Positions 51,399 to 64,000 of a stretch of 64,000 nucleotides of DNA are shown here, in pieces. Location: positions 1,606,721 through 1,670,720 of the forward strand of contig CM119271.1 of NCBI GenBank assembly GCA_051294375.1, in the 5' to 3' direction. The notes under the pieces were generated by a model. That model was given only the letters and a program-made list of their open reading frames with translations, had not been told where the DNA came from and searched no databases. Position 1 is the first letter of the stretch; the number at the start of each line of letters is the position of its first letter. The position numbers and the translations under genes are program-made. Origin of the DNA: Paraspadella gotoi (Eukaryota; Animalia; Chaetognatha).

Positions 51399-51723
51399 TA
51401 ATATAGTTGATTCTTTGAAAATTGAAAATTGAGAATTTAAAACTAAACTAACGATAATCCTTTGACCCGAGAGATTGAAAAACGGATTGAAAAGCTGACA
51501 AAGTCATTCAGTCCCGTGATTTTTAATGACATTGTTTAATAAACATGTTTATACTACAAACTATACTACGCAGGCATTGATCTCGTCCTAAAACTCTCGG
51601 TCTCCCTTCACTCCAGCTAAGACTTCCGCTATCACTCGACATCCTCAAAAGATTCTTCACCAACTCGAAGCCGCAAAGAGAGAGACGCTCAGTTGTGAGC
51701 GAAATTCGAAACCTAAGATTTGA

Positions 51724-51761
<38 letters not shown>

Positions 51762-51982
51762 TGATGGTAGCAACGCCGAGAAAATGACGGCATGGAGACC
51801 GAAACGTAAAAAGTATTGACAAAGATAATGACAAAGACGATGACGGACGTTCGGAGGAGCGACGTCATATTTGGAAACGATTATGACGACGACGACGAAA
51901 TTCGAAACAAAAAGTCATTGTTCTCATCTGCGAACCAGAAGCGTTTTCTCTCTCTCTCTCTCTCTCTCTCTCTTCCTCTTCT

Positions 51983-52030
<48 letters not shown>

Positions 52031-55000
52031 CCACCCCGTAATCTTACCCTCGAAACCCCGCCTCCTATACTCCCCTCAAATCTATTCTCAATCAAAATAT
52101 CTCCCTCATTTCTTCTGTTCCAATTAAGGGTTCTCCTTCTCCTCCTCCTCCTCCCCTCCTCCTCCTCCTCTCTCTCCTCTCCTCCTCTCCTTTTTCCCAT
52201 GAAGGAATCGAAGGTCGTTTATTGCGATGCCCGCTGTAGATTATGGGGGGCATGAGAGATGATTAGGGTGATTAAAGGCAATCGGTGGCCTTGTTTTACT
52301 GTTGATCGCAGAGTTTATGAGATTTGATTTCTATTTTTAGATTTAGGATGGGAGGGCGGTGGGGGAAAAAATGGAGTTTTTGTAGATATCAAACAAATTT
52401 TAAAGGTTTTAGTTACAATTATTCTTAAAAAAAGGCGTCAAATGTATTTTCAAAATTCTTTAAACCTAAGGTTTTAATGTAAATTTAAAGATAAGAAAAT
52501 ATATATTTTAACACATTGAAAAAAAAAATCCCCCACCCCCCATCCGGCCATCCAAACGTTTTAATCTCTTCTATAATAAAAAGAACATCCCACATGTTCT
52601 CGTCTCTGCTGCCGCCCGTCTGAGTTTTTAAAAGCCATGGGCATGTTACACTAGGAGACTTGTGCTGGTCGTCGCGAGCGTCCCTTATTCGACGCCTTTA
52701 CCCGAAGGCCGGTGAGCGGACCTCCCCATAACTCGTCGATCCTACCAGAATTGATTCCCTTACCAATACAATCCGTAAGCAGATTGATCTCTTAGCAAAC
52801 CAATTGGCCGTTAAGCAGATGATTCCCTAAACAGATTCCTCATGGAATGTTTCCGGACCATACTTGATAAAAAGCGGTATGTAGAATCTTAGATGTAACC
52901 GTGATGAAACCGGAACAAGAATTCGCGCACCTGCTTTGGAGTGTATGCTGGGCGTGCGATATACTTCTCCTTTCTGTCTGTCTCCTTTAATGTTTTGTCT
53001 CGTTGTCTGTTCCGTTTCTCTGTGTATCTTACAGTATCTCTGTACTTCTGCTATCTTTCGTCGGTTGAGCAGCTCTATGGTGCTTCGTAGAAAGTTTTGG
53101 CTATCTCCCGCCCCTCTCCTCTAATCGCCTATTTCTCTCTCTCTTCTCCTCCTATCTCTCTCTCTCTCTTCTTCTCTCTCGTCTCTCTCCATCTCTCTCT
53201 CTCTCTCATCTCTCTCTCTCCTGGCCTTCCCATATGCTCTGCAACCTCCCATCCTTCTCCTCCTCTTTCTCTTTCCCTCGCCAACGCATAAATTCGCAAT
53301 AAAAGCTCAAAAGCTTAAGACGAAACGCGAGAAAGGACATCATTAGCGGAAAAGAGCTGGAGTTGTTGTTGTTGTAGTTGTGAAGGTGAAGAAGGTTATG
53401 AGAGTTATGCTCAAGGGGACCACAGAGACCAGTTAAAGAGAGAAAGTAGCACCGGAGAGGAAGAGAGAGAGCCCAGAGGAGAGAGAGAGAGATTTGATGA
53501 GAGAGATAGGAGAGAGAAGAAATAACGTCAGTAGGAAAGGTAGTTTGATTTTTAAGGCGGAGTAACAGCATCACTGAAGAAAAGTGAAGACGAAATTGGA
53601 AGATGACTTTTGAAAGAGGAGAGAGAAGAGGAAGAACGAAGCGAGCAGAGAGAGGAGAGTAAGAGAGACGAGAGAGACACGAGAGAGACGAGAGAGAGAG
53701 AGAGAGAAGACGAGAAAAAAGAGAAATACTCGAGAGAGAGGACTGAGAGACGCGACGCCAGCGAGGGTTTGGGTGAGTACGATCAAAGAGTGGAGAAGAA
53801 AATGAATAACGATGTTGAAAAAGAGCGTGCGGTCTTCGTAATTTGAGGTACGCGCGCGAGCGCACGACAAGCACAAATCATATCCTGCTGAGCGCGCGCA
53901 TTAAACGAGAGGAACACAGATAGAATATGAGAGATGAAGAGGTTGATTAGCAAGTGAGAGGCGAGATTACATAGAGAATATTGTGTTAAGGTTTTGGTGA
54001 GAAGCCGATGAAGAGAAATAATAACTATTCTAGAGTCGTACTAGATTATCAATATCAGCGCGAACACTTAGAGAGAGAACGATATAGATTGAGTAAAATA
54101 GAGCAGATTCTCGTCGCTGAGATCCGAGAGCGAGAAACTATATGCAAAGGAGTCATCACTTCTCTCCTCTCATCGCTCTCTGCCTATAATACTTCTGCCT
54201 CCGTCTCTCTCTCTCTACATCTCCTCTCTTCCCTCTCTCTCTTCTCACTCTCTTTATTTCAGAAAACCCACGTCAACTCTTCACAACAAATCGCAATCAC
54301 ACACGAGTTCAATCACTTCGCCTTTTGTTTTTCTCGACTCGTTATGCACTTTTCTCCATTCACATTTTTAGTTCCGGATCGTGCATGATAATCAGCAGAT
54401 CCCGACTGCTTATAAGCTCACTTTCGTCGTCCGTACGGGTCGCAGCTTCCCTCCCAATTCTTGTCGGATAAGCATCACTGTATATCAGTGTCAACAACAT
54501 CAAATATTGAGTGCAAATAATTTATGCAAAATATAAAAAACAATGTCCGTTGCGTCCCGGGTTCCTCGTCTGTCTGTCTGTCTGTCTGTCGTCGTCTGTC
54601 TGTTGTCCTGTCTGTTCCTGTCTGTCTGTCTGTCTGTCTGCTCTTTCCGTCCTTGTATCTTGTTTGTAAATAGACACGCTAACAACACCACGATAAGCAC
54701 TTTAGAGATTCCCGATATTCCGTATGCAACAACCTATAGCAAAAAGACCACCGCAATTGATACTCGGTGAATTGGATGGTATGGATTTGTCGAAATTGTA
54801 AAATAGTTAGTGTGTGGGTAGGAGTAAGTTGCTTGTGAATAAGAGCTGTAAATAAAGCAAGTTTCGATGGAATCCGTGGCGATAGAGGTGAGAGATATTG
54901 ATTTAAATGGCAAACAAAAAAAAAATTAGTCCACTATATTAAAAGAGCAACGCATAAGTAAGCTCAGAGCTGGAGAAGTGGGACGACTGAACTTAGAAGA

Positions 55001-58000
55001 TTCTTCGTACTTTGGGTTAAAGAGAAGTTGTGATTGAGTTGGACACATGCAACGTTTTCGATGGAATCGTTTTGTAGTCAGCGAATCATGAGTTTAAATG
55101 AGGAAAAAAAAAACCTGTTTCAACACTAATTGATTTATGCTTTCTATTTTCCTTTTATATTAAATCGTAAGCAATTGAAGGATGTAAATTAATCAAATTC
55201 AATAATGATATATCAATAATTAATCACTAGTCAAGTTAATTAATCAATTAATTAATTAATTAGATCAATAAATTCCGTCCTTAAAGTTCTCAACAAAGGC
55301 GCTCCATCTTAGCAAAAAAGCTTTAATAACTCGTGATTGCTTGTGATTGGATATTGCGATAATTTATGTGTGACCGTAGGAACATGTGTGAGAAATGCCA
55401 ATCGCTGAGTATATAAGTAGTTTTGATGGAATTCGGGCGCAGTGGAAATAAGAGTTTAAATGGAAAAACAGTAAAGTTGCATTTTGCTCGAAATAAGTAC
55501 TCTCTTACTTTACATCATTAATTGCATGATATTTTTTGAAGATTAAAATTTTGTTGTGGGTAGGAAAAGTGATGGTGACGAAAGTCTTGATACAGAAAGT
55601 ATCGGTAGAAAAGTAAAAGTGGAAAATGATGTTTAAATTATAAAAAATATATGAGCTCACATTTTTACTTAGAATTAATAATTAGCAAATAAAAATAAAA
55701 TCGTAAAGCACCTATTGATTGGCAAAAAATTTCCAATTGTAAACCACTGTACACCTTTTTTTTCCTCGAGATCTTTATCTCTAATAATTTTATTTTTTTC
55801 AAATTACTATATTAGTTTTCTTTGTTTCGTCGGAGCGCTGGCACATTTCTATGTATAAACGAGTTTTAAGAACCAGACGTCTCCTCTCTCAGTCTCTCAT
55901 CCTAGTCTCTGTCTTGTCTTCAGCTCGTGTGCGTGTCTACTCTCTGTATCGAGGTCTCTTGCGTGGAGTCGTTCTCTCGTACTTTTTTGAAAAAATTTCT
56001 GATTATTTTTTCTTTCTAAAAAGAAATATTATATTGTCGATTCAGTAGCCGCTGTGGCTTTTTCTGAATTCCGTTTAAAGAACGAGTTCAGGCTGCTCTC
56101 TCTCTTCTTGTCTCTCCCTCCGTCTCTCCTTCTCTCTCCTCCTCTCATCTTGTCTTCTCTCTCTTTCTCTGCCCTCTCTCTCTCTCTCTCTGTCTCTTAA
56201 CTGTCTCCTTACTCTCTCCCTCTTCTCCTTTCTCGTCTCCTCTCTTTCCTCTCTATCCTGTTTCTTTCTCTCTCTCTTTTATCTCCTTTCTTCTCTCTCT
56301 CTCTTCTCCTCTTTCCTTTCCTCACCGGTGCTCAACTTGTCCTCTCTCTATCTCTTCATTTTTATTACCAAAATAATTTTTTTAGTCATGCGGTTTTTTC
56401 AGCCACCCCGTCTTCATTATATATTACTATTAACCGGTTACTCCTACATCTCTCCACACCTCCTTCACCACTAGGACGACTACCCAGTATAAACATGATT
56501 AAACGAGTTCCGAGTCTCTCATTTCTTACTTTACAAGCCTTCACCTCTTACTCTCCTCCATTAGGTTTCAGACAACCGGTAAACAATATTCCATCTTCTT
56601 AGTCTTTTCTACATCCTTATTTCTATAATCAATCACTCTATGCGTATGCATATTTACCTAACTCATAGCCGCGAATTACATACCTCTACTCTTAATCTCT
56701 ATATCGGCCAAGGTTATTTTCTGTTTTACACAGACCTTTACAGAATATCTTTTTTATTAGGATCACCACCAAAAAACATTAATTCATTGAGAGACGTTTT
56801 ACCAACATAAATGATAACAACAGAAACCCCACTTTGAGTTAAATTAAGACATGACAGCCTCCCCAATATTTCTTGTAAAGTATACCTCCTCTCAAAGTAA
56901 CCTCCGTACGTTCACTATTTCACCGAATCTCCGAGCCCAGTTTGCGTTCCAGGTCACCCAAAACCTCCCTACCTGATCAGAATTTGTTTAACTTCTACCA
57001 TGCTTTCTTCTCTGTCTCCTCTCTTCTTCTCTCGTTCATATTTACCACCATATATTACCCCTTCTAGGTACATATAATCCTTTCTGGTTGGTTTTGTTCT
57101 ATAGATTATATTTTTCTCTCCCTCCAAATCCTCTTCTCCCTCCCGTTCCCGATACTCTCTTTCTTCTTTTGGCTCTCGACTGAGCTCTTCTTGCTTTGTT
57201 CATCTTTTCATCGTCTCGCAACAACCTATCTTACTATTGATCATATTAACTATATATAAAAGGTACAAAAAACCAAGAAAGCCCCGGAGAATTACGAAAA
57301 ACCATAGAATGGTCCGGTAACATATGAGAATCCTCTCTTTCCTTCTCCCGGCTACCCATCTAGTGTGCCATCCAGGAAATGAAAATATTTGAAGGGAATT
57401 AACAATTAACTAAAAATCGAACACATACCAGTAAGAATTTCGAAAGAGTCATTGAAGTGCTAGCGCATTTTTTTCATCCCTAATTTTTAAAATTACTTTG
57501 CTATTTTGCAGATAAGAAGCAGGCTACTCCATTCCTGTAAACGTCCCTGTTAAAATAATTTACATTCGTTACTTATTAGTCTTATGAATTGGCTTGATTT
57601 GGTGAAAGTTTTTAGCTAATTTCTACTTAATACCTGTTTATCCCTTATCATTTTCTCTACTCTGTTACCCGCCCATAATGGATATACTAAATGGGTTCAT
57701 ATACTATTCTCATATTCTTACAGGATTTCTGTCCTCGTTATCGGTTAATCTATAAATCTCCTCTGTTACACCGACTTCTAGTTATTAATAATATCAGTTG
57801 AAGATTCAGATTTTCTGAAAATATTCTTGTTTATTTTCTTTCCGTGTGCTTATCAATAACTTTTTATATTTATCTTGCCTTTTTATATCCTTGCTTTAGT
57901 TGGTTTGGGTTTTTTTAGAGATAAATTCTACCATTTTGGTTCTCGCGCGTATTTTTTTCTCATGAAATGCATGAGTCAATCTCAATTCATTTTTAATAAT

Positions 58001-59479
58001 GATGCGTCACAGCATAGATTATATCAAGGTTATTCAACCATAGAATTCATTTAATATGAGAAGCTTAAGATGAAAACAAGAAAGAACTGAAAAAAGTCTT
58101 AATTTCATTCGAATAAAAGGAATAAGGTGAGATTGATGTCATGTAATCACACTAGCTAATAAAGGAAATTTTAATTTTTATTTATCAGCAAGAAGGAGAA
58201 GAGGATTTGGAGATGAGGAGGAGAGGATAAGCAGAGCCACTTTTTTCTAATACATAAATCCCATATTGTAATTCACGAATATTTTTCCGTGTGATGTTTA
58301 TTATATATTTGCCATTCTAAAAAGCGTGGGTTATTAATATTATTTATTATATCTCTCCTATATTGTCTCTTTCTCTCGAGAGATTTCGAAGAAATCAACA
58401 GAGATCTTGCATTTCTCGAGGCAATCGGAGATACGAAAAGATGAGAGCAGACATCAAAAGTAAGACAGATGCGAGTGGGCGCCAATTAAGGGTCGAAGAG
58501 AGGATATATAACCGAAAGAATGACTAATCATGACGATCAGACGAAGAAGAGGAGAGGAGAGAGACAAAAGATATGAAAAAGAGACACAAAGACAGAGAGT
58601 ACTAGCATGGAACAGATACACGGGAGAAGGAATCGAGAGAAAGTATGAAGACGAGATGAGAGAAGAGAAGAGAGAGCAGAGAGGAGAGAAGAGCGACAGG
58701 ATTGGAAACAGTCTTTATAATCATAATCTAATACATAATAAATGGTAAAGAAACTCATAAACGCGGATCAATGAATGAGACGATATACACGCAATGTCGG
58801 CATCGAATGAGAATGACATAATATCATCAGCATGCAAAATGAATGATTAACAAAAAAAACACAATACAATGAAAAATATAAACATAAAAAATCATAACAA
58901 CATCAAATAGAAGGATTATCATCAGAAGAGCATCAATTGAGAGATGTATCAACGGCATCTCCAATAGAATGATTGAGTCATCAAACAACAGACATCCATG
59001 CATTTGGTTATACATCGCGAAGATCAATCCTTTGGTTAGTCATCGCGCATCAATATTTGTTATCATCGCGAGGGATCAAAAGATATAATTGGTCTATCAT
59101 TTCGCATCAATATTATGGTTTATTTTCATTCCAAATAGCAAGGCTCGATCCACATTAGCTGTGAAAATGAGTTTCTTTAAGTAGTAGAAATGAAGAGCTA
59201 CGTTTCCTTTCAATTTATTGATGACACACACCTCACATCGAGACTCACACACAAATTATCACCAGGAAAAAAAAAAACCGGTGTGCGGACCTGGAGAGGA
59301 GAACAGAGAGAAAGGAATACACAGGTATTGATACAAACTGATATAGGAAATACAGGAATCAGAGAACATAATAAAAACAAAGGCAAATTAGATTCGATCG
59401 TATCACAGACAAATCAAAACGTTTAACGTCGTCGGTGATCGGTGGGATTTTACAGTCAGAATCGGTACGGAAAGGTCAC

Positions 59480-61792
59480 GTAATCGTCGATCGTCGTCGT
59501 CGTCGTCGTTGTCGTTGAGAATAAATCGAAGAAATAACCGAATTCGAATATCCATTTGATTTTTTATATACTACGACTATGGTGGAAGAGGGGTGTTAAC
59601 GCAGAGTAGACGAGTCAGGAATAGTGTTAAATTCGGCATCTTGTCATCATGTATATCATTCTGTAATGGAACAAATAAGCACTACAAAACCGTTTCGTTT
59701 ATTGGGCGCTGCGTCGGGTCGAGTCACGTTGTCGTCGAATAGTCGTCTTGCGTTGGTCTCCGAGAAGTAAATGAAAGAGATAGGAAAAAAGCCTTTTGAG
59801 TAATAAGAAACTCGTGAAAATCAGTCGTCAGTTGTCGATCCGTCGATCGTCGAAATCGTCATAACATCCTAATAAATCGTTGAAAATCGTTAATATATTT
59901 TGATCGATCCTGGTTTCCGAAAGAAAAGTCATCAGTCCTGAAATAATGGTATGAAGAGAGAACGTGCGAGGTCGTCGTCAGATACGAGGGCGAGGGTCGA
60001 GGGTCGTGGACAGAGTCCGTCCGAAGCTCTCAATCACAAGATGGTCCACTCCCATGATGGAAGACAACAAGCATCAGAAACAAAAGAGAAAGGAGAAGAA
60101 AGAGGAAGATTAAGATGGAGATAGAGAGGGGGGCGGTGGAGGAGAGAAAGAGAAAAGAGAAGGAAGAAGAAGGGAGAATAGAGATGGGAGAAAAAAGAAG
60201 AGAGAGTCCAATACGGAGGAAAAAAGAAAAGGAGACGAAGACGAGGCGGATCTAAGGAAAGAGAGAAGAATAAGAGTTTTTTTAGTCGCTATGTGAACGG
60301 AAAAGAGAGGAAAAAGAAGAGGAAGGGAGGGGAGAAGGAGAGGAACGACCAAGAATTAAGAAGAAGAGAATAGTAAGAAGATGAAGGGGAAGAGAAAGAG
60401 AAGAGAGAAAAAGGGAGAAGAGGGAGAGAAAGAAAGAAAGAATAAATAATAAGTAATAAATCTTTGAAAATATGAAAAATAGTGGGAGAGATGGGTGTAA
60501 AGCTGAGAGGGACTAAAGATAATCCTTTGACCAACAGAGAAAAAGTTGAGAGAAAACGGATTGAAAAAGCATGACAAAAGGACACAATTCAAGATCACCA
60601 AGATGAATATTATATAATTGGACAGGTTGATTAATAAAAATAGTATTAAAATAACAATAACAAACACTAAATAACTAAAAAAAAAAAACGACAAGAAAAG
60701 AACCAATTGATAACATAATACCTAAAAACTAGGAGCGTCTCGGTCCCCTTCACTCCAGGGCTAAAGACTTCCGCTATCACTCGACAGGAGTCCTCAAAAG
60801 TTCCCTTCCACCAACTCGGAAGCCGGGCAAAGAGGAAGAAGGAGAGCGGGAGGGGCTCAGTGGTGGTGAGGGGCGAAGTTCGGGGAAGGACCTAAGATGT
60901 GGGGAGGATGCCGAGGCGACGACGGAGCGACCACGAGCGAGCGACGACGGACAAAGCGACGACGACGATGATGGTAGCAACGAAAACCGAGAAAATGAAC
61001 CGGAGAGATGGAGACCGAAAACGTAAAAAAGTATTGACAAAGGATAATAAAGAAAAGACGATGACGGACCGTTTCGAAGAGGAGCGACGTCATATTTGGA
61101 AACGAATTATAACGGACGAGCGACACGAGAATTCGAAAGCAAAAAAGTCAATTGTCTCATGCGTGCGAACCCAAGAAGGCGTTTTCCGTCTCTCTCTCTC
61201 TCTCATCTCTCTCGTCGTCTCGATCTTTCTCTCTCTCTCAGTCTCAGTTCTCGTCTCTCTCTCTCTCTCTCTTGACCCACCCCGGTAATCTTCACCCTCG
61301 GAAAGACCCGCCGCCTCCCTGGAATCTCCGCCTAAATCTATGTCTCAATCAAAAATATCATCCCGTCTTCTCTTCTGTTCCATTAAGGGTTCTCCTCTCC
61401 TCTCCTCCTTCCCTCCTCCCCTCCCTCCTCGCCTTTTCCCATGAAGAACGAGATCGTTTATGTGGATGCCCGCTAGGGTAGAGTTGATGGGGGGCATGAG
61501 GAGGATATTAGGGATGAATAAAGCAATCGGTGGCCTTGTTAAAAACTGTTGAAGTCGCGCAGAGTTATATGAGGATTTGATTTTATATATTTAGATTAGG
61601 AGTGGAGAGAGGCAGTGCGGAAAAAAAAATGAGTTATTTGTAGATATCAACAAATTATTAAAGGTTTTAGTACAATTAATTCTTAAAAAAAAGGCGTCAA
61701 ATGTAAATTTTAAAATTCTTTAACACCTAAGGTTTTAATGTAAATTTAAGATAGGAAAAGTATAATTAATTCAACAAATTGAAAAAAAAAAG
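59480..61792 (+). other. Indel-riddled duplicate of ~50650-52530; probable uncorrected long-read or gap-fill artefact
   Basis: Colinear anchors (e.g. ctaagacttccgctatcactcgac, gagcgacgtcatatttggaaacga, aaaggcgtcaaatgta) with pervasive scattered 1-3 nt insertions in the second copy. Confidence 0.8.
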
Positions 61793-62611
61793 TTGCCCGA
61801 TTAGTCGGGTCGAGTCGATTGTAGTCTCTAAAGTGCGCCCTCAACATTTTTCGTCACTAGCCAGCGACTGACCCACCGATCCTTCTCGTCGTCGTTATGT
61901 CTTGTCGCCGTCGTCGCCGTTGCTTCCCCGCCCGCGCGGCCCACACGTCGCGAAACAAACGCGAAACGAAGGCCTTTTCCCTACAACTTTCCTTGTCGAG
62001 AAAAAGAAAGAAAGGAAAAGACAGAAGCGCGTGACGGGATTACAAGATTTCCGGCACAGACTGCGTGGAAAGGTCGAAGCGCCGTCAAATAGGAAACTCG
62101 AGAACTCAACTTAGGAGACGACCAATCACGAAACATAAGGATTTTCATTTCAGAAAAATGTGTTTTGCACAATTCGTCAAATAGAGAAACAGAGACGTAG
62201 TCTGAGAATATCTATATGACAATGAAGAAAGCGATTATGAAGACATCTATCGACAATCAGGGGAATCGGAGGAGAGGAAGACGACGAATATGAAGGAAGG
62301 TAAGAGGAGAAATATTAGAGAGAGGAAAAAAGAAATGAGTGAAATGAATGAGAAAGAAAATTATGAAACGAGACGTGAGGAGCGCATGAACTTGAGGCAG
62401 AGAGGACAAGGGATAGGGAGTGATGATAATTAGGGGAAGAAGTGTGAATAAAATGGGATCGCGAAAGCTGGAAAAAGTGTGAGGAATAGGAGGTTATATG
62501 GAATGCGGAATTATTTAAGAAAAAGTGAGTTCTTATATAAGTCGAAAAATATGTAATTAGTAATTGTGAAATTTTAATTAGTGATTGTAGTTAGTAAATA
62601 AAAAAAAATGA

Positions 62612-63016
62612 CTGGAGGCCTAAACCACCAAGCTGTCCAAAGCTTATTTATTAAATGAATGGATAAATTTTTATATGTGGTACCAATTTCATAAAATTCA
62701 TCTTCTTGTATTATGATGCTAGTGCCGGAGTACAGTAAAGTATTCCCCGATCTAATACCTAAGGAGTGGTCTTTTCATACAATTTGAAACATTCTTTGAA
62801 ATATTTTCCACTTCAATCGATAGGGAAGCAGGTACTCTGAGAGTGAATAAACGAGGCTGTGAGAGAGTTTTGATTGAAAGCTTGCAGGGACTGCGATGTC
62901 ATTATCTTGTAAGAGTGATGAAGGCCTTAAACCACCAAAGCCAGTCCAAAGTCAGGGGCAAGATAGCTTATTTATAAAGAATGGAAATTTTTATATTGGG
63001 TTTACCAATTTCATAA
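62612..63016. mobile_element. Second near-full copy of the 2765-3180 repeat family
   Basis: Colinear similarity, including the same terminally redundant layout. Confidence 0.8.
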
Positions 63017-64000
63017 AATGAATATGAACCGTAATTGGGTTTCAGTATATATANNNNNNNNNNNNNNNNNNNNNNNNNGTATATTATAATGAAATGTTAT
63101 TAATGTATTTAAGGAAAGTTTTTTTATTCAATTGACATAGCGAAAACTATATCTTGCTACTTCTTTGAGAAGGAAGCTAAAAACTCTGGGAATTTAAATT
63201 TAAAGACAATAGGATTAACTCTGAGCTTGCAGGATTTTGCAACGTTGTTAGGAATAACCAGTATATTAGTTATACCAATTTTATGTAACGAACATTTAAC
63301 TGCATGAAAATTAAAATTTTAATTACTAAAATTAAACTCTCTGTCTCCTCATTTCCTTCAGTGCAAACAAACCTCCAGTTGCCCGTCAACCAGCTGGGGT
63401 CTACTCCTCTTCTACCTCCTCCTCCTCTTGCTCCTCCTGTCCCGTCAAATATTATAAATTATTCTTTAAATTCTATTAAAAATCATGAGAGAGAGAGAGA
63501 GAGAGAGANNNNNNNNNNNNNNNNNNNNNNNNNNNNNNNNNNNNNNNNNNNNNNNNNNNNNNNNNNNNNNNNNNNNNNNNNNNNNNNNNNNNNNNNNNNN
63601 NNNNNNNNNNNNNNNNNNNNNNNNNNNNNNNNNNNNNNNNNNNNNNNNNNNNNNNNNNNNNNNNNNNNNNNNNNNNNNNNNNNNNNNNNNGACCTCGGGA
63701 GTCTTCCTGCCAATTAAGCAAAGTAAGCGAAAAGTGTCATCTTTAAGCGGATTGTTTAACCGATAGATTTTTCAAATCTCGAAAGCCGTTTGATTAAGGG
63801 GGCGGAGAGGAAAAGAAAAGGGGTTGAGAGATGGTGAGAGACGGTGAGAGACGGGCAGGGGTAGGGTGAGGAAAAGTGGGAAAGAAACAAACTCGTATAA
63901 ATTGAACAATTTGAATTTTATAAAATCAATAGCTAATTTTAATATAGAGGAGGTTAGTTGGTATTTCTGAAATAAAACGGAAATAAATACTACTTATAAA

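Noticed and set aside
47437-61481. Numerous ORFs with poly-R/V/S, ER or LS repeats
   Set aside because: They derive from (GTC)n and (AG)n microsatellites in low-quality sequence and contain no recognisable domains.

Overview
This is AT-rich, intron-rich animal (invertebrate-like) genomic DNA with many (AG)n and (GTC)n microsatellites and several N gaps. Splicing exons by hand gives five elements: (1) a clan-2-type cytochrome P450 on + (509-4132, first exon upstream of the window); (2) an orphan CYP-like N-terminal fragment (5604-6338); (3) a ~30-exon macroglobulin complement-related (Mcr/TEP6-type) gene on + (10241-24926) with an LDLa module, no thioester and a C-terminal hydrophobic anchor; (4) a tandem cluster of three paralogous secreted C-type lectin genes on - (26841-34954, 36259-38866, 40682-45481); (5) a repeat-rich, partly poor-quality region from ~47 kb with no confidently callable gene. 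The lectin cluster is the most striking signal, because each gene places a different basic-site-delimited cassette between the signal peptide and the lectin domain. Gene C carries 21 prohormone-like x-x-E-S-G-K-R repeats (predicted ELES-amide-type tetrapeptides), then an RKKR furin site, a CTLD lacking the sugar-binding motifs, and an acidic Ser-Gly tail built from mini-exons. Gene A carries an antimicrobial-peptide-like amphipathic helix on its own exon. Several non-autonomous TE families are also visible: two tRNA-derived SINE-like families, a Chapaev-like MITE with a TSD, TTAGGG-like-filled TIR elements, Helitron-like hairpin ends and degenerate hammerhead remnants. All gene models are manual and are not confirmed by transcripts or database searches.
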